From Selaginella moellendorffii (lineage: Eukaryota > Plantae > Lycopodiophyta), in the NCBI RefSeq assembly GCF_000143415.4, contig NW_003314331.1:498164-562163 (forward strand): a stretch of 64,000 nt of DNA, read 5' to 3'. A program made the translations under genes and the position numbers. Below, piece by piece: positions 22,100 to 33,063 of this stretch (its first letter is position 1; each line of letters begins with the position of its first letter). The notes under the pieces were generated by a model. The model was not told where the DNA came from. It worked only from the letters and a program-made list of their open reading frames with translations, and did not search any database.

Positions 22100-23140
22100 A
22101 TAATTTATTGAGAAGAACAAGCTGCTTGGGAGAAAAAAGAACTGAAGGGAACATTGGACTCAACGGCCACCTTGAGATTGTGCTTTTCAGCAAGAAGTTG
22201 CTCGGCTGAGACCTTACATTGCTTGTCAAGGGCAAAGATCTCTATGTCATGAGCATAAAGTTTGTCCATGTTGGAAAGCTGGAAGTTTGTAACATGGCAC
22301 AAAAATAGCGCAAGTGATGGTATCTTGAGCTTCACTGAAAGTACTACCTCAGTCCCATAGACTAAGGAGAAGGGAGTTGCAAAAATTGATATCTTGAACT
22401 GAAAGGCCAAAAGTGTTGTGATCAAGTGTTCATGCCATTAGCACGAGTGATCATTAATGAGCTTCAAAAAAACTATCTTCAAGATCTTGTTGTTGGACTC
22501 AACTTGGCTGTTGCTTTGTGGAAAGTAGCTATTGCTGCACATATGCTGGATGTGGAGCTCCTTGAAGAGGTGTGAAACAACTCAGCTGAGGAAAGCATTG
22601 CCATGATCAGAAACCAGAACAACAGATACTCTGAAGAGGCAAATGATGTACTCATACAGGAACTTTGCCATGGAAACTTGATTTGCATGTTGTAGAGGGA
22701 CAGCCTCCACCACCCACTTTCTGTTGTGATGAGCAAGTATTGGTATCCTTAGGAGCTTGGATGCAAGATGAGGCCAATACGGTCAAGGCCCCACTTGAAG
22801 AACAGCCTTGGAGATGTCATAAGATAAAGGGAAACCTTGCAATGTGGCTGCATGGGTTGAACCTTTGGCGCTTCTCACATGTCCTAACATACTCAAGAGT
22901 ATCTTAGTGGAGCCATGGCCAGTAGTAGCCATACTGGAGAAGGAGCTATGTTATCACTCGTCCAGAGAAGTGCCCCACACAAGAGTGAAAGGCTTGTAGC
23001 AATGCTGGAATCTCATGTTCCACAACACATTTGAAGAAGAACCCCTGGGGATGTCCAGCGGGAGAGATGGTTAAGAAACAGTAGTCTCGAGTGTGAACCT
23101 CCAAAGCTTTGCATGCTGTGAGTGTCATGTTTGTTGAGCT
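22100..23140 (-). mobile_element. Degenerate Ty3/gypsy integrase remnant
   Basis: HSCVGHFSG..GYYWP zinc-finger region and TPFSLVYGTEVVL..LKIPSL motif, with stops and frameshifts. Confidence 0.75.
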
Positions 23141-23289
23141 GTCTGGCTGGCCAAGAGGAGCCGTGAGATGAGCAAGGAGGAAGAGTAATGAGCGTTCTTG
23201 GCTGAGAGAGCCCGTGCGACGAGCGATCAATCGGTCGATTTTCAATTTTTTGATGTAATAAGATAAAAACCAGGATAGCGTATTCTTCG

Positions 23290-24120
23290 CGATTAGGGTT
23301 TTTGGAGGTGCGCAACGATGCAATTTCATGAATTTGTCGCATCCTGCTTCACCCCGCCAGGATCGATGCTGCCGCTTGAGGTTTTTCTTCCTCTTTCTCT
23401 CTTGTCTGGAAGGATCGCTGCCGCCATACGCATTGCGATCTGTTCCGAACAAGATGCTGCTGGAATCGATCAAGGGAGACGCTGTTGCCATGGAGTTTTC
23501 CTTCCATAAGAGAAGTAAGTTTCGTTCCTCGCCACTTCACTCACCTTCAGGGTGCTTTTCTCTTTTGTTCTTCCTTGTTGCCTTATAACTGAACGATTTC
23601 GTTATTTAGCCAGGATACTTTCAGTCCCTTGTAAGTGCACTTCAGAATTTCTTCTCTGACGATATCTGTCTTGCAGTTGCTGGATAGGAACTCTCAACTT
23701 TGGAGAGTGATCCGAGAGTACGTTCAACATGAAGAGGATCTTGTCTCGCTCTTTACTTTTTGCGGCCTTGTTCTTAACGCAATGTTTTTCTACCTTTCGA
23801 TTTTAGGCTCGTCAAATAGACACCGGAGAGCTAATCCGCTTCCCTTTGGAGATTGGATTATATGGCGTCTGCAAGCCATACAGCATGGAATCCAAACAGC
23901 CAGCGCATTGTCGCGGAAGAGCTCGTAATGCTCGGGGTGTTGCAGCTCCAAAAGGTACTGTCATTGATCCCAAAACAAACAGAAATCTGTATGATAGATC
24001 GACGAGACTTGCGACTGTCCTCTGGGCGATTTTGTCCGAAGCATCAGCATGGTTTGTCATGGTGAAAACAAACTACACGGCTTAATAATATCGAAACACT
24101 ACATGTGTTTGTTAGACCAC
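23290..24120 (+). pseudogene. Partial, internally deleted TFB2 (TFIIH p52) pseudogene copy
   Basis: Collinear with 24700-26200 (LLDRNSQLWRVIREYVQ, EELVMLGVLQLQK), retains introns, has deletions and frameshifts. Confidence 0.88.
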
Positions 24121-24726
24121 TTAACTCTGGTGCCTCCCATTTTTATTACAGGACGTTCGTTCTTCGTTTTCCAGCGGTTCGCTTAAGAGATTGCTCGTTT
24201 ATAGGTCCAAGCAGCAACGAGCAGTGTGGAATAGCCGCCGGGATCTCTCGTGACTGAGATAGCCTGTAAGAGCTTCGATTCTTTCTCCTTTCTTTGTTAA
24301 CTTACAAGGTTTGTATTTCTTTCTTTCTGTTCTTCACGGGTCTATGACGGCTAAGCCTTTGTGATATTCCAGAACATGACGTTTATGATCGCAAACGGAT
24401 CACCACAAGCAATACGACTTTATGGCAAGGGAATGTATGACTCCGTGTTTCTTTTTCTCTCATTTCTCGTTAATCATGCTCCAGAGCAGCCACTTGCACG
24501 TTGAGCAGCCAAGTGGGTTCCAAAAGGCAGAAACCATATAAATGACAGGCAACGATAAGCCTTTCATACTTTCGATTACACTAGACTTGTCCTTCTGGTC
24601 GATCTCCTTAAAACTTGGCGGAGACCGTGCCATAAGTCAACTTTTACCTCGTCAAAAGGGTCAAAGAGACGGTCATTAAGCTACTTTACCTTACTTGGAT
24701 TTAGGGTTTTAGGAGGTGTGGCAACG

Positions 24727-26868
24727 ATGCCGAATGTGCGGAGGGCGACGCGCGATTTCATGGATTTGGTCGCATCCTGCCTCACCGCCGCCAGGATCGA
24801 CGCGCTCTACGCCAGCAAATGGACTTGCCAGGCGGTCTTGAGGTTTTTTTTTCCTCTCGCTCTCTCTCTTTCTTGTCTGAGCGTGGTTCCAATCAGATCG
24901 CTGCCGCCATTGGCGAAGCTCTACGTGTTGCGATTGCTCTACCTGGATGCCGCGGTTCCGGACAAGATGCTGCTGGAATGGATCAAGGGAGACGCTGTTG
25001 CCAAGCACAAAAATGCGGTGGACAGGCTAGTCCAGCTCAGAGTTTTCCTTCCAGAAGAGAAGTAAGCTTTCGTTCCCCGCCATACTTCTTCCCGCTGAGA
25101 ATCCTTTCCAGGAAGAAAGAAACACACTACAGAGTTAATCCCAAGTTCCAGGAGCAACTACGACTGGCATTGTCTACTGGGTATGCATAACTTCTTTCTT
25201 TCTTTCTTTCTCTCGTCCTTGCTGATTCATCATCTTTCTCTCTTGCTTGTTGTTCTCTCAGTTTAGGAACTCCCAGGGACCCTTTGCCTCCAGACATCGC
25301 TGTGAGGATGCCGTCCGCGAAGGAGCTGGACGACTATGCGACTGAAAAATGGGAGGCATGGTTTTCAAGCGTGAAAGTTTTTTCTGCGAGTCAAGTTACT
25401 TACGTGCATGCTACCTGCTGCAGTCAGTTGTTCTCCAGCTCGTCAACTTTGCCTCTCCGGATGGCCCATCCGCATCGACCAACGGATTCATCGTCCAGCT
25501 CTTCCAGAAGGCCGATTTGCTTACTTCAGGGTAGCGTCTCATTTGTGTTTTTTTTTTTTTTTGGTTGCCTTAAGGATTTCGTTTGGTTTTCTTTTAGCCA
25601 GGATCCTAAAATCACTCCAGCTGGCTTTCAGTTCCTTGTAAGTGCACTGGAATTCTGTCAAGAGTTTCTTCTCTGACGAAATCTGTCTTGCAGTTGCTGG
25701 ATAGGAACTCTCAGCTTTGGAGAGTGATCCGAGAGTACGTTCAATATGCAGAGGTTCTTGTCTCACTCTTTAGTTTTGCGAGTTTGTTCTTAGCATTTCT
25801 CTTTTCTACTTTTTGATTTTAGGCTCGTCAAATAGACACTGGAGAGCTAATCCGCTTCCTTTTGGAGATTGGATTCTACAGCGTCGGCGAGCCATATAGC
25901 ATGGATTCACTTCCAAACAGCCAACGCAATTTCGCGGAGGAGCTCGCAATGCTCGGGGTGTTGCAGCTCCAAAAGGTACTGTCATTGATCTTAATGACGC
26001 ACAAAACTAACAGAAAAATGTTCACAGGGTATGAAAGATCGATGGTTCATTCCAACGAGACTCGCTACTGGTCTTTCAGCGAGTTTGTCTGAATCATCAG
26101 CATGGCAAACGGAGGGATTTATCATGGTGGAAACGAACTTCAGAGTCTACGCGTACACGTCTTCGAAGCTTCATATCGAGACGCTCCATGTTTTTGTCAG
26201 GTTAGTGGAGTAATTTTAGCTTTGTTTTGTTTAAGCAACTGCTAGCAGGTATGTAGCAAATGCTAGAAATTTCGCATTTACCAACTTAGTGCTGCATTTT
26301 GTGAATCTTTTTTACAGGACCGAGTACGTTCTTCCAAACATTCTTGTCGGGAGCATCACAAAGGAGAGTGTCAACGGCGCGTTTGCGAGTGGAATATCTG
26401 CAGACCAGGTCTGATCTCTCAAAGCTTTTCTTGTTGTTGGTAATAACGTTTCTCTTGGCCTGCAGATTATCAAATTTCTCCAGCAGCACGCTCATCCGTT
26501 TGTAGCTCAAAAAGTTCCTTCGGTTCCAGAGACTGTTTGCGACCAGGTACAAGCTCACTCGTAGAAACTGAGCCTGATCTCTACAATCTAGATTCGTCTG
26601 TGGGAATCGGACCGCGTGAGAGTGCAATATCTTCCCGCGTACTGCTACGAAGGCTTCCCAAGCACGGTAAGCAACTCTTCACAAACAATGGTATTTTAAT
26701 CCGTCTATTATTCGAATGCATCAGTCTGTTTACGAGTCAGTGGTGGCTCACGCCAGGGATCGAAATGGGCTTTTGTGGGAGGACGCTAACAGGAAAATGA
26801 TCGTCGTGGGTGGCGAACACCATGAAGCCATTCGAGCCTTCCTTCAAAACATCAACAAGAAAAAATAA
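24727..26868 (+). CDS. TFB2: General transcription/DNA-repair factor TFIIH subunit p52 (TFB2/GTF2H4), multi-exon
   Basis: CQAVLR|SLPPLAKLYVLRLLY, KITPAGFQFL, WFIPTRLATGLS, EGFIMVETNFRVYAYTSSKLH, YVLPNILVGSITKESV..AFASGISADQI, PETVCDQIRLWE.DR; stop at 26866-26868. Confidence 0.93.
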
Positions 26869-27926
26869 ATTTTCGAAATGCTAATCCCATTTTTGTTTGT
26901 GCAAATTTTCTTAGTTCTTTTGACGGAGTAATTCTTATGTTTTTTTTCTTAGCGTGAATGTTTTGGGTGGACTTTTCTTCCTTTGACATTTTCTTTGTTT
27001 GACTCGGTTTAAATGATTTTTATGATGTTCTCCTCACTATTGCAAAGGAAAATTGATGGTGTGAACCAAGAAGAAGAGTCCATGCAAATTTTTATTGTCG
27101 CCCAAGTCCACTTAGCTAGTTTTTGGTTGATCCCTGGCATCTTCGACTTTGAATTCAAAGGACAGAAGAATCTGTATACTTCGGATTTCTCGGGTGAAAG
27201 CATACGTTCTGTTCCAGTGACCAGGTACAAGCTCATTTCTTAGAAACTGGACTCTAAGATTCGTTCGGATCACGGCCACGACACTGTAAGTCTGGGTGCG
27301 GTGGCATGAGCCGTGGCCCGTTCATGCCACACCATCCCCATCATGGGTTTGGAGCTCTGCTTTCTTCCTCCAAACTCCCCGCCGCTTCAACTCGTCATCC
27401 ACTGAAGAAAAAAAGAAGGATCTTAGCGGCTTGAAGAACGGACTCGAACCGGTCCCGACGGGCGCCACGAGCCTTGTACAGGAACCAAAAGTTGGCAATC
27501 CCAGCAGCCAGTTATCTATTCTGTTTACAAGGTGTGGCAGCATGAGACCGACTGGCAGCCGTGATTATTGCCGTACATCCGATCTTGTGGCCGTCAATGT
27601 AGTCCGCCATATCAGGAGCAAAGGCAGACAAAATACAGCAGTACTGTCAGAATCTGGATCAGAAGCTTTGGTCATCGATTTCATCACCCCAATGGCCGGC
27701 TTGTCTCGAATTTTTCCAGCCTGTGACACGTCTTTCTGGAAGCAACCAACAGAAATTTCCCATCCAACAGCTCAACCTTTTTCTCCCAGAATAAAGAAGA
27801 TTATTCATTGAGTGAACCCTCTATCCATACCACAGATGGAAGCACAGGATTCAGACAAAATAAACCCGGCGACTTCTCTAAAGGATATATTCACCCATTC
27901 CACTTCCTCTTATCACCGCAATCGCA

Positions 27927-28694
27927 ATGGGCAGCTCATTGTCTCGATGCTTGCCAGCTCGTGGCACGTCTCTCCGGAGGAGATGCAGGTGCATTCAAAT
28001 CAACACAAAGGCCGACAAAACACCACTCGACCGGCGGCTGTGCCTTGATCTTCCCAACGGACTGCCCAAGCGCCAGCAGCTCGTGGGCATTGCCATGGTG
28101 ATCCTGCCCTGCGTTCGGGAGAGCCGCGCCAACTTCGAAGTTGCTCTGGAGATCAGGAGCCTCTTTGTGGGTGTGGACGACGAGGATGTAATCATCAGCG
28201 CCAAGGCTCTGGGATTCTACCCGTACCGCGTCAAACTCCGGATCGAGCCACAGCTTGGTGAGATGGAAAGCTCTGACATTGTTCTCTACGATTTCCGCAA
28301 TTCCAGCACACATACCACGAGCTGCGATGCTGAGATTGGAGCTCAACTTAATTTATGGCCACTATCTCTCAAATTAAAAAAAACGTGGGGACGATCACTT
28401 CAAGAGCCAATGGAATACGAGTCCATCACTGTTGGACTTCATCCCAGTGTGATTCCAGCGAAGGAGTTTCCACTCAAGCTCAGCTGTGTTCCCTGGAACT
28501 CACGTTCGTCCTCAATTATGGGGCATTTTTTCCTTTGGTTTCTAGCACGATTGCGCGCGCGAGTGTCTCTGCTCCAGAGTTTTCTAGCGGCCAGCCAGAT
28601 GGATGTGGAGCCAAGCGCATTTTTACTCCTAAACGAGGAGATGAATGTGGGGCAGCTGAACTTAACGCTTCTTAGCGTGAGTGAGGTAAGATAA
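27927..28694 (+). CDS. Hypothetical protein (no recognised domain; possibly frameshifted near the 3' end)
   Basis: 255-aa ORF with protein-like composition. Its distal part (28497-28660) is duplicated at 21935-22065. Confidence 0.35.
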   Translation: MGSSLSRCLPARGTSLRRRCRCIQINTKADKTPLDRRLCLDLPNGLPKRQQLVGIAMVILPCVRESRANFEVALEIRSLFVGVDDEDVIISAKALGFYPYRVKLRIEPQLGEMESSDIVLYDFRNSSTHTTSCDAEIGAQLNLWPLSLKLKKTWGRSLQEPMEYESITVGLHPSVIPAKEFPLKLSCVPWNSRSSSIMGHFFLWFLARLRARVSLLQSFLAASQMDVEPSAFLLLNEEMNVGQLNLTLLSVSEVR

Positions 28695-29244
28695 AAATAA
28701 ACGAGAAGAGGAAGAAGAAGAAATGAATAGGATTCTCACCGATTGTTCCTCTCTTTCAGATGAAGAGCTTGTCATTGAAAGTATGGCTTCCTTTTGGAGC
28801 TTTTGGTAAGTGGTATGTGCAGAGGCACTCATAGTGGACGAAGGCCTGGTGAGATCGCTAGAAGTTTGTAGATGGTTATCGCGCTCTGTTGGTCTTGCTC
28901 AAAGCAGGGCTCCGCTATTTATTTCGACAAAAAGTATATGCTTCTCACTCACCATCTGTGACAACAAACTCACGTGAAAACTCGACTGTCTCCCTGGTGC
29001 AATTGGCTTCGCGGTACATCCAGTTGCTTCTCGTGTAGCAGACGAGATGCATCTCGGCCTCGAGATGAAGCTTGAACCGGAGCGGAACCTTGGACGCCAT
29101 GCTTGCGGGCAGATGCCACACAACGACTGGAAAGTCTTCCACACTGATACTTGTGGTCCCTCCTCGCAATGGCGGCTAATATGGATCACCCTTAAAAGCA
29201 ATAAAAACATGATTTACCTTTAGGGAGCTGGTTTGGATGGATTA

Positions 29245-30597
29245 TAAGTATTACAAAGAATTCCTCTTTACAATGAAAAAATCAAAGGAGAGAATGACGA
29301 AACGAAATAATGAAGCCTCGTTGTGGAGCTCAAGAACAGCAGCTGTATTGACAGCTTTTTTTAGCCTTCTCGCACAGCATCACGGTGGGTACCAAGATCA
29401 TCACCATCTTGGGTCTCACCTGCGAAAGAAGATAACAAGAAATCCCTCGCTGGAAAAACGAAAAATAAAACTACCTCGGACAATGTCATGCCACAGCAAG
29501 AACACGCTGCAACCGAGCTTCCTGGCCACACTGATCACGTACACCGCGTTTTGTTTCTTCTCGTCATCTGTAATTCATAAGATTATATCGACTAATTTGG
29601 ACGGGTCTAAGTTCATTTGCTTGCCTGTTACTCCTTTGGTCACGAGCTGCCAGTTTACAACGTGTGGTTCTACAGCTGGAAGAAGATGCCAGATGATAAG
29701 CTATTGTCCTGGAAGTTCCAGTTCTTGCAAACATTAGCTCACAGCAACGTTTGTTACCTTGAAACTCTCCGTACGGCTGTCTTTGCCTGATCGCTTCACT
29801 TTATTGTTGGCCCGTTTCAAGATGTCGTAATCAGACACCTCCTTCCCTCTCAATTTAATGTTCTTCAGCAGATGGAGGGTATGATACCGCATCAATTGCC
29901 ACAGAAACGCTGGCAAAGACATGTAAACACCAAAAAAAAAAAAAAAACCTACCGAGTATGAGCTTGTGATTGCCTTGAACGATGTCACTTTTACCAGTGA
30001 CAACCTCAGCTTTCGGGCAGCATCAAGGGCTTGGTTGCAGTTCTCCACGTTCTTAAACGGCATCTTGATGAGAGGTTTATTGGCTGCCTTCCAGTTGATG
30101 GAGCCTGGCTCCAATTTTTCTAGTATTTCGAGAAGGATCCACCTACAGAGTACAAACAAAACTATCAGAGGTTGAAACTTAAAAGACGGTTTCCTCTTAT
30201 ACCCGTCCCAGACGCCATCAAAGAGCTGGTCCACATATGTTGTTGTGCCAAGGATATTGATCCACACACCAAAAACCAGAAACCCGCTCATCTCTCGAAT
30301 CTTGCTCATGATCCTGAATTAATTCAGTGTAAGTGAGGCTGTTGTCAGCTGTCAAACCATTCCTGGAATAAGAAGAAGTTTTATCAAGAGCAAGGTGGGC
30401 CTGAAATTCATTACCTTTCATGGAAGAGATAGGGCCAAGATTCAAGTTTGTGGAGCCGTATGTAATGTCTCTGGGTGTGAGGTACTTCCGACAGTTGATA
30501 TGTGCAGCACTACTTTTGCTCTATCGTAGGGATGGAAATCTAGCAGAGACAAATTGCAACTCTTAGGAGCCAAGACATTTAGAAGTACAGTGTATGG
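29245..30597 (-). pseudogene. Inverted partial fimbrin pseudogene (copy of about 20500-21938)
   Basis: Reverse-complement match including introns ([27 protein letters not shown]). Indels and frameshifts; truncated at the TE cluster. Confidence 0.92.
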
Positions 30598-30865
30598 CTA
30601 TACAATTGCAAGTTGTCTACCACAATTTAAATTGTGGTTGGGGTGGTGAGAAGTTAAGATGTTCTAGTAGAGACATCACTCTCTTCAAGTTGATTTCTCT
30701 TTTTTTATTTTTCTATAATTTTGTGATTTTTTAATATTTCTTTTTTAATTAGGACTAACCACTAAAGGACCTTATATACACTCCAATTATGAATCTCTTT
30801 GAGAATAAGTATTAGAGCTAATATTCCTTTAAAGTAGGGAAAGGGAAGATAAGTCTACATAAAGT

Positions 30866-32800
30866 TGTAAGGCACAAATTTTTTCTTTTCAATTTGTTAG
30901 CTTACTTTGTATATTCAACCACTATGGCTTTGACCTTAGTTAAGTTTTCTCACCAAGGTTCCCACCTATTATACTAGCTCTTACTTGGTTTTACTTGGTT
31001 TCAACAATTTATTGCATAAGCAATAGAGCATTAATAATTCATTTACAAATTCCTAAATTCTCTCCCAATCCCCTTTTTTGGGTTAGATTGGACTTAAAGT
31101 TTAGCTACACTTTTTGCAAGTACAAACAGCTAAGCACATTAAACCTCCAAGTTCTTAATATGCTTTGGTACAACAACATTTGATCATAGGACCCTCTAAA
31201 TCCCAAGCCTTGGGTGCAACACTTGTTCCGGGATACCAAGGGGGAAACACTATGGCTTAATGACTTAGTATGGGTACCTTTACTCCCTCACTTCCATCCC
31301 AAAGGAAAGGCCTAAGCCCTTAGGAAGGGCGAGGACTAATGAACTACAACGTACTCACTCAAGTGGAACACCACTCTATATAAGCCAAAAACACTATAGT
31401 TGGTTTCCCTTCCAGGAGTGGGAGTTGCTCTTAAACACTTCCTTGGGTGGCCCCTCCAGCACCATTTGAGTCCATGCTCACTTCTACCTAAGGCCCCTAA
31501 GCCTTAGTCTTAACCTCAAGTAATTTTAAAAGCACTATTTGAGAGTTCCTTCAAAATTGGTTTTTGGACCTTAATATCCTTACTATACTTTTGGAACCAT
31601 ATGCAGACCCCCCTCCAGAAGATACATGCTTTGGGCTTTCACCCCACAACCTGTATTAGTATTCATATTTGGTCTTAGACTCGATCTCAGACTCAACCTC
31701 AAACTCAATCTCGGATTTAATCTCGGACTCAATCTCGAACCCAACCTTGGATTTTATCTCAGACTCAATCTCGGACTAGGGTTTGGACCCGATCTTGGAA
31801 TCTTGGATCTTAGACACAGTCTCGAACTCGGTCTCAGACTCGGTCTCGGAGTTAGTCTTAGACTTGATCTCAAACTCGGTCTTGCACTCGGTCTCGGACT
31901 CGGTCTCATCCGATAAACTCTTTATCATTTTGGTCGTACTTTTGGGGATCCTTTAGCCTACAACATCTCGGGGACTTGGTTCCTTACAACTCCACCACCT
32001 ATAGAACAAGTTCAATGCCTATATTAAGCATCTTATTTTAATTCTATGACTTGTTAACCATGTCTTCAAAAGTCCCACTTAGCAATGTGCCTAAGTTAGC
32101 CTCCATGGCCAAGAGCCCATGATAACAGAGTATAAATGTCCCCATACCCCTCACTTTACCATGCCCTAATATGGGGTTGGGACTTAAATACAACCTTGCT
32201 TTACTAAAGGGTTAGAACTCGAACCCAACCTCCACAAAATACGTTTATAGATTCAACATCCTTGTGGGGAGTTAGGTGTGGTTCCCTACGCCTGGTTAAC
32301 CTAGTTAACCCATGCTAATTATCTTACCTTCAATGTGTCTTACATATAACATTGGTTAATTTCTCAAATAGATTCTTTAATTGAACTTTGCATAAGTATA
32401 TAAAGTTTTATCTTGCAAAACTTCCTCTACTAGATCTTACATGTTTGCCAGATTCTCCTCCGATTCCCATGTTACTTCACATAGAATTCCTTCACCTCAC
32501 ATCTTTGTCGCTTGCTTTTGCATGCATTGAGGATGGCTTCGACTTTATATTCCTCTTCCCCTTAAATCACCTTAAGTAAAAGTCTTACTTAGTCCTTGTG
32601 AAGCGGATCCTTAAAGTACGGCTTGAATAAGTTCACATAGAACATAGGGTGCATCTTTTCCATCTCCTGAGGAAGTTAGAGGCGGTAAGCCACTTTATCA
32701 ATTCAAACCTCAATCTTACAAGGCCCTGTGAACTTGGTTAAGGAACTCAAGATCAGTTCATTTCTAAGAATACATGCATTTTACCTTTGGGTTAACTTTT
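30866..32800 (-). mobile_element. Chromovirus-like Ty3/gypsy remnant A0: 3' LTR 30866-31988, PPT, chromodomain/integrase C-terminus
   Basis: TG..CA LTR homologous to 33064-34207 in reverse orientation. ggtggtggag PPT next to 31989. MHPMFYVNLFKPY and EYKVEAIL..REFYVK peptides at 32400-32760. Confidence 0.82.
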
Positions 32801-32819
32801 AACTAATCCCACTTGGTAA

Positions 32820-33063
32820 CCTGGTGTTCAGCCACACCTATCCCCAGGTTGGAACTCTACATCTTGGCGCTTCTCAATCTAACTTGGAGAGGGGGATTTG
32901 GAGAGAATTTGGAAATCCGTAGATGGATGGCTAACACTCTGTTGTTCGTGCAGTGAGTTGCTAAGACCAAATAGGACTAAGTAGAGCTAGTACAATAGGC
33001 AAGAACTTTGGTAAAGGAACTTAATTAAGGTCAAGGCTATGGTAGTCGGATAGATGAGGTAAG
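32820..33063 (+). mobile_element. Fragment of the 3' part of an A-family LTR
   Basis: Matches 33960-34170 (ggatggatggctaacactc..gatgaggtaa); interrupted by the LTR starting at 33064. Confidence 0.7.

Noticed and set aside
27296-27811. 171-aa ORF and neighbouring short ORFs, plus 28945-29169 (minus)
   Set aside because: No recognisable motif or reliable exon structure; may be pieces of a lineage-specific gene but cannot be supported.
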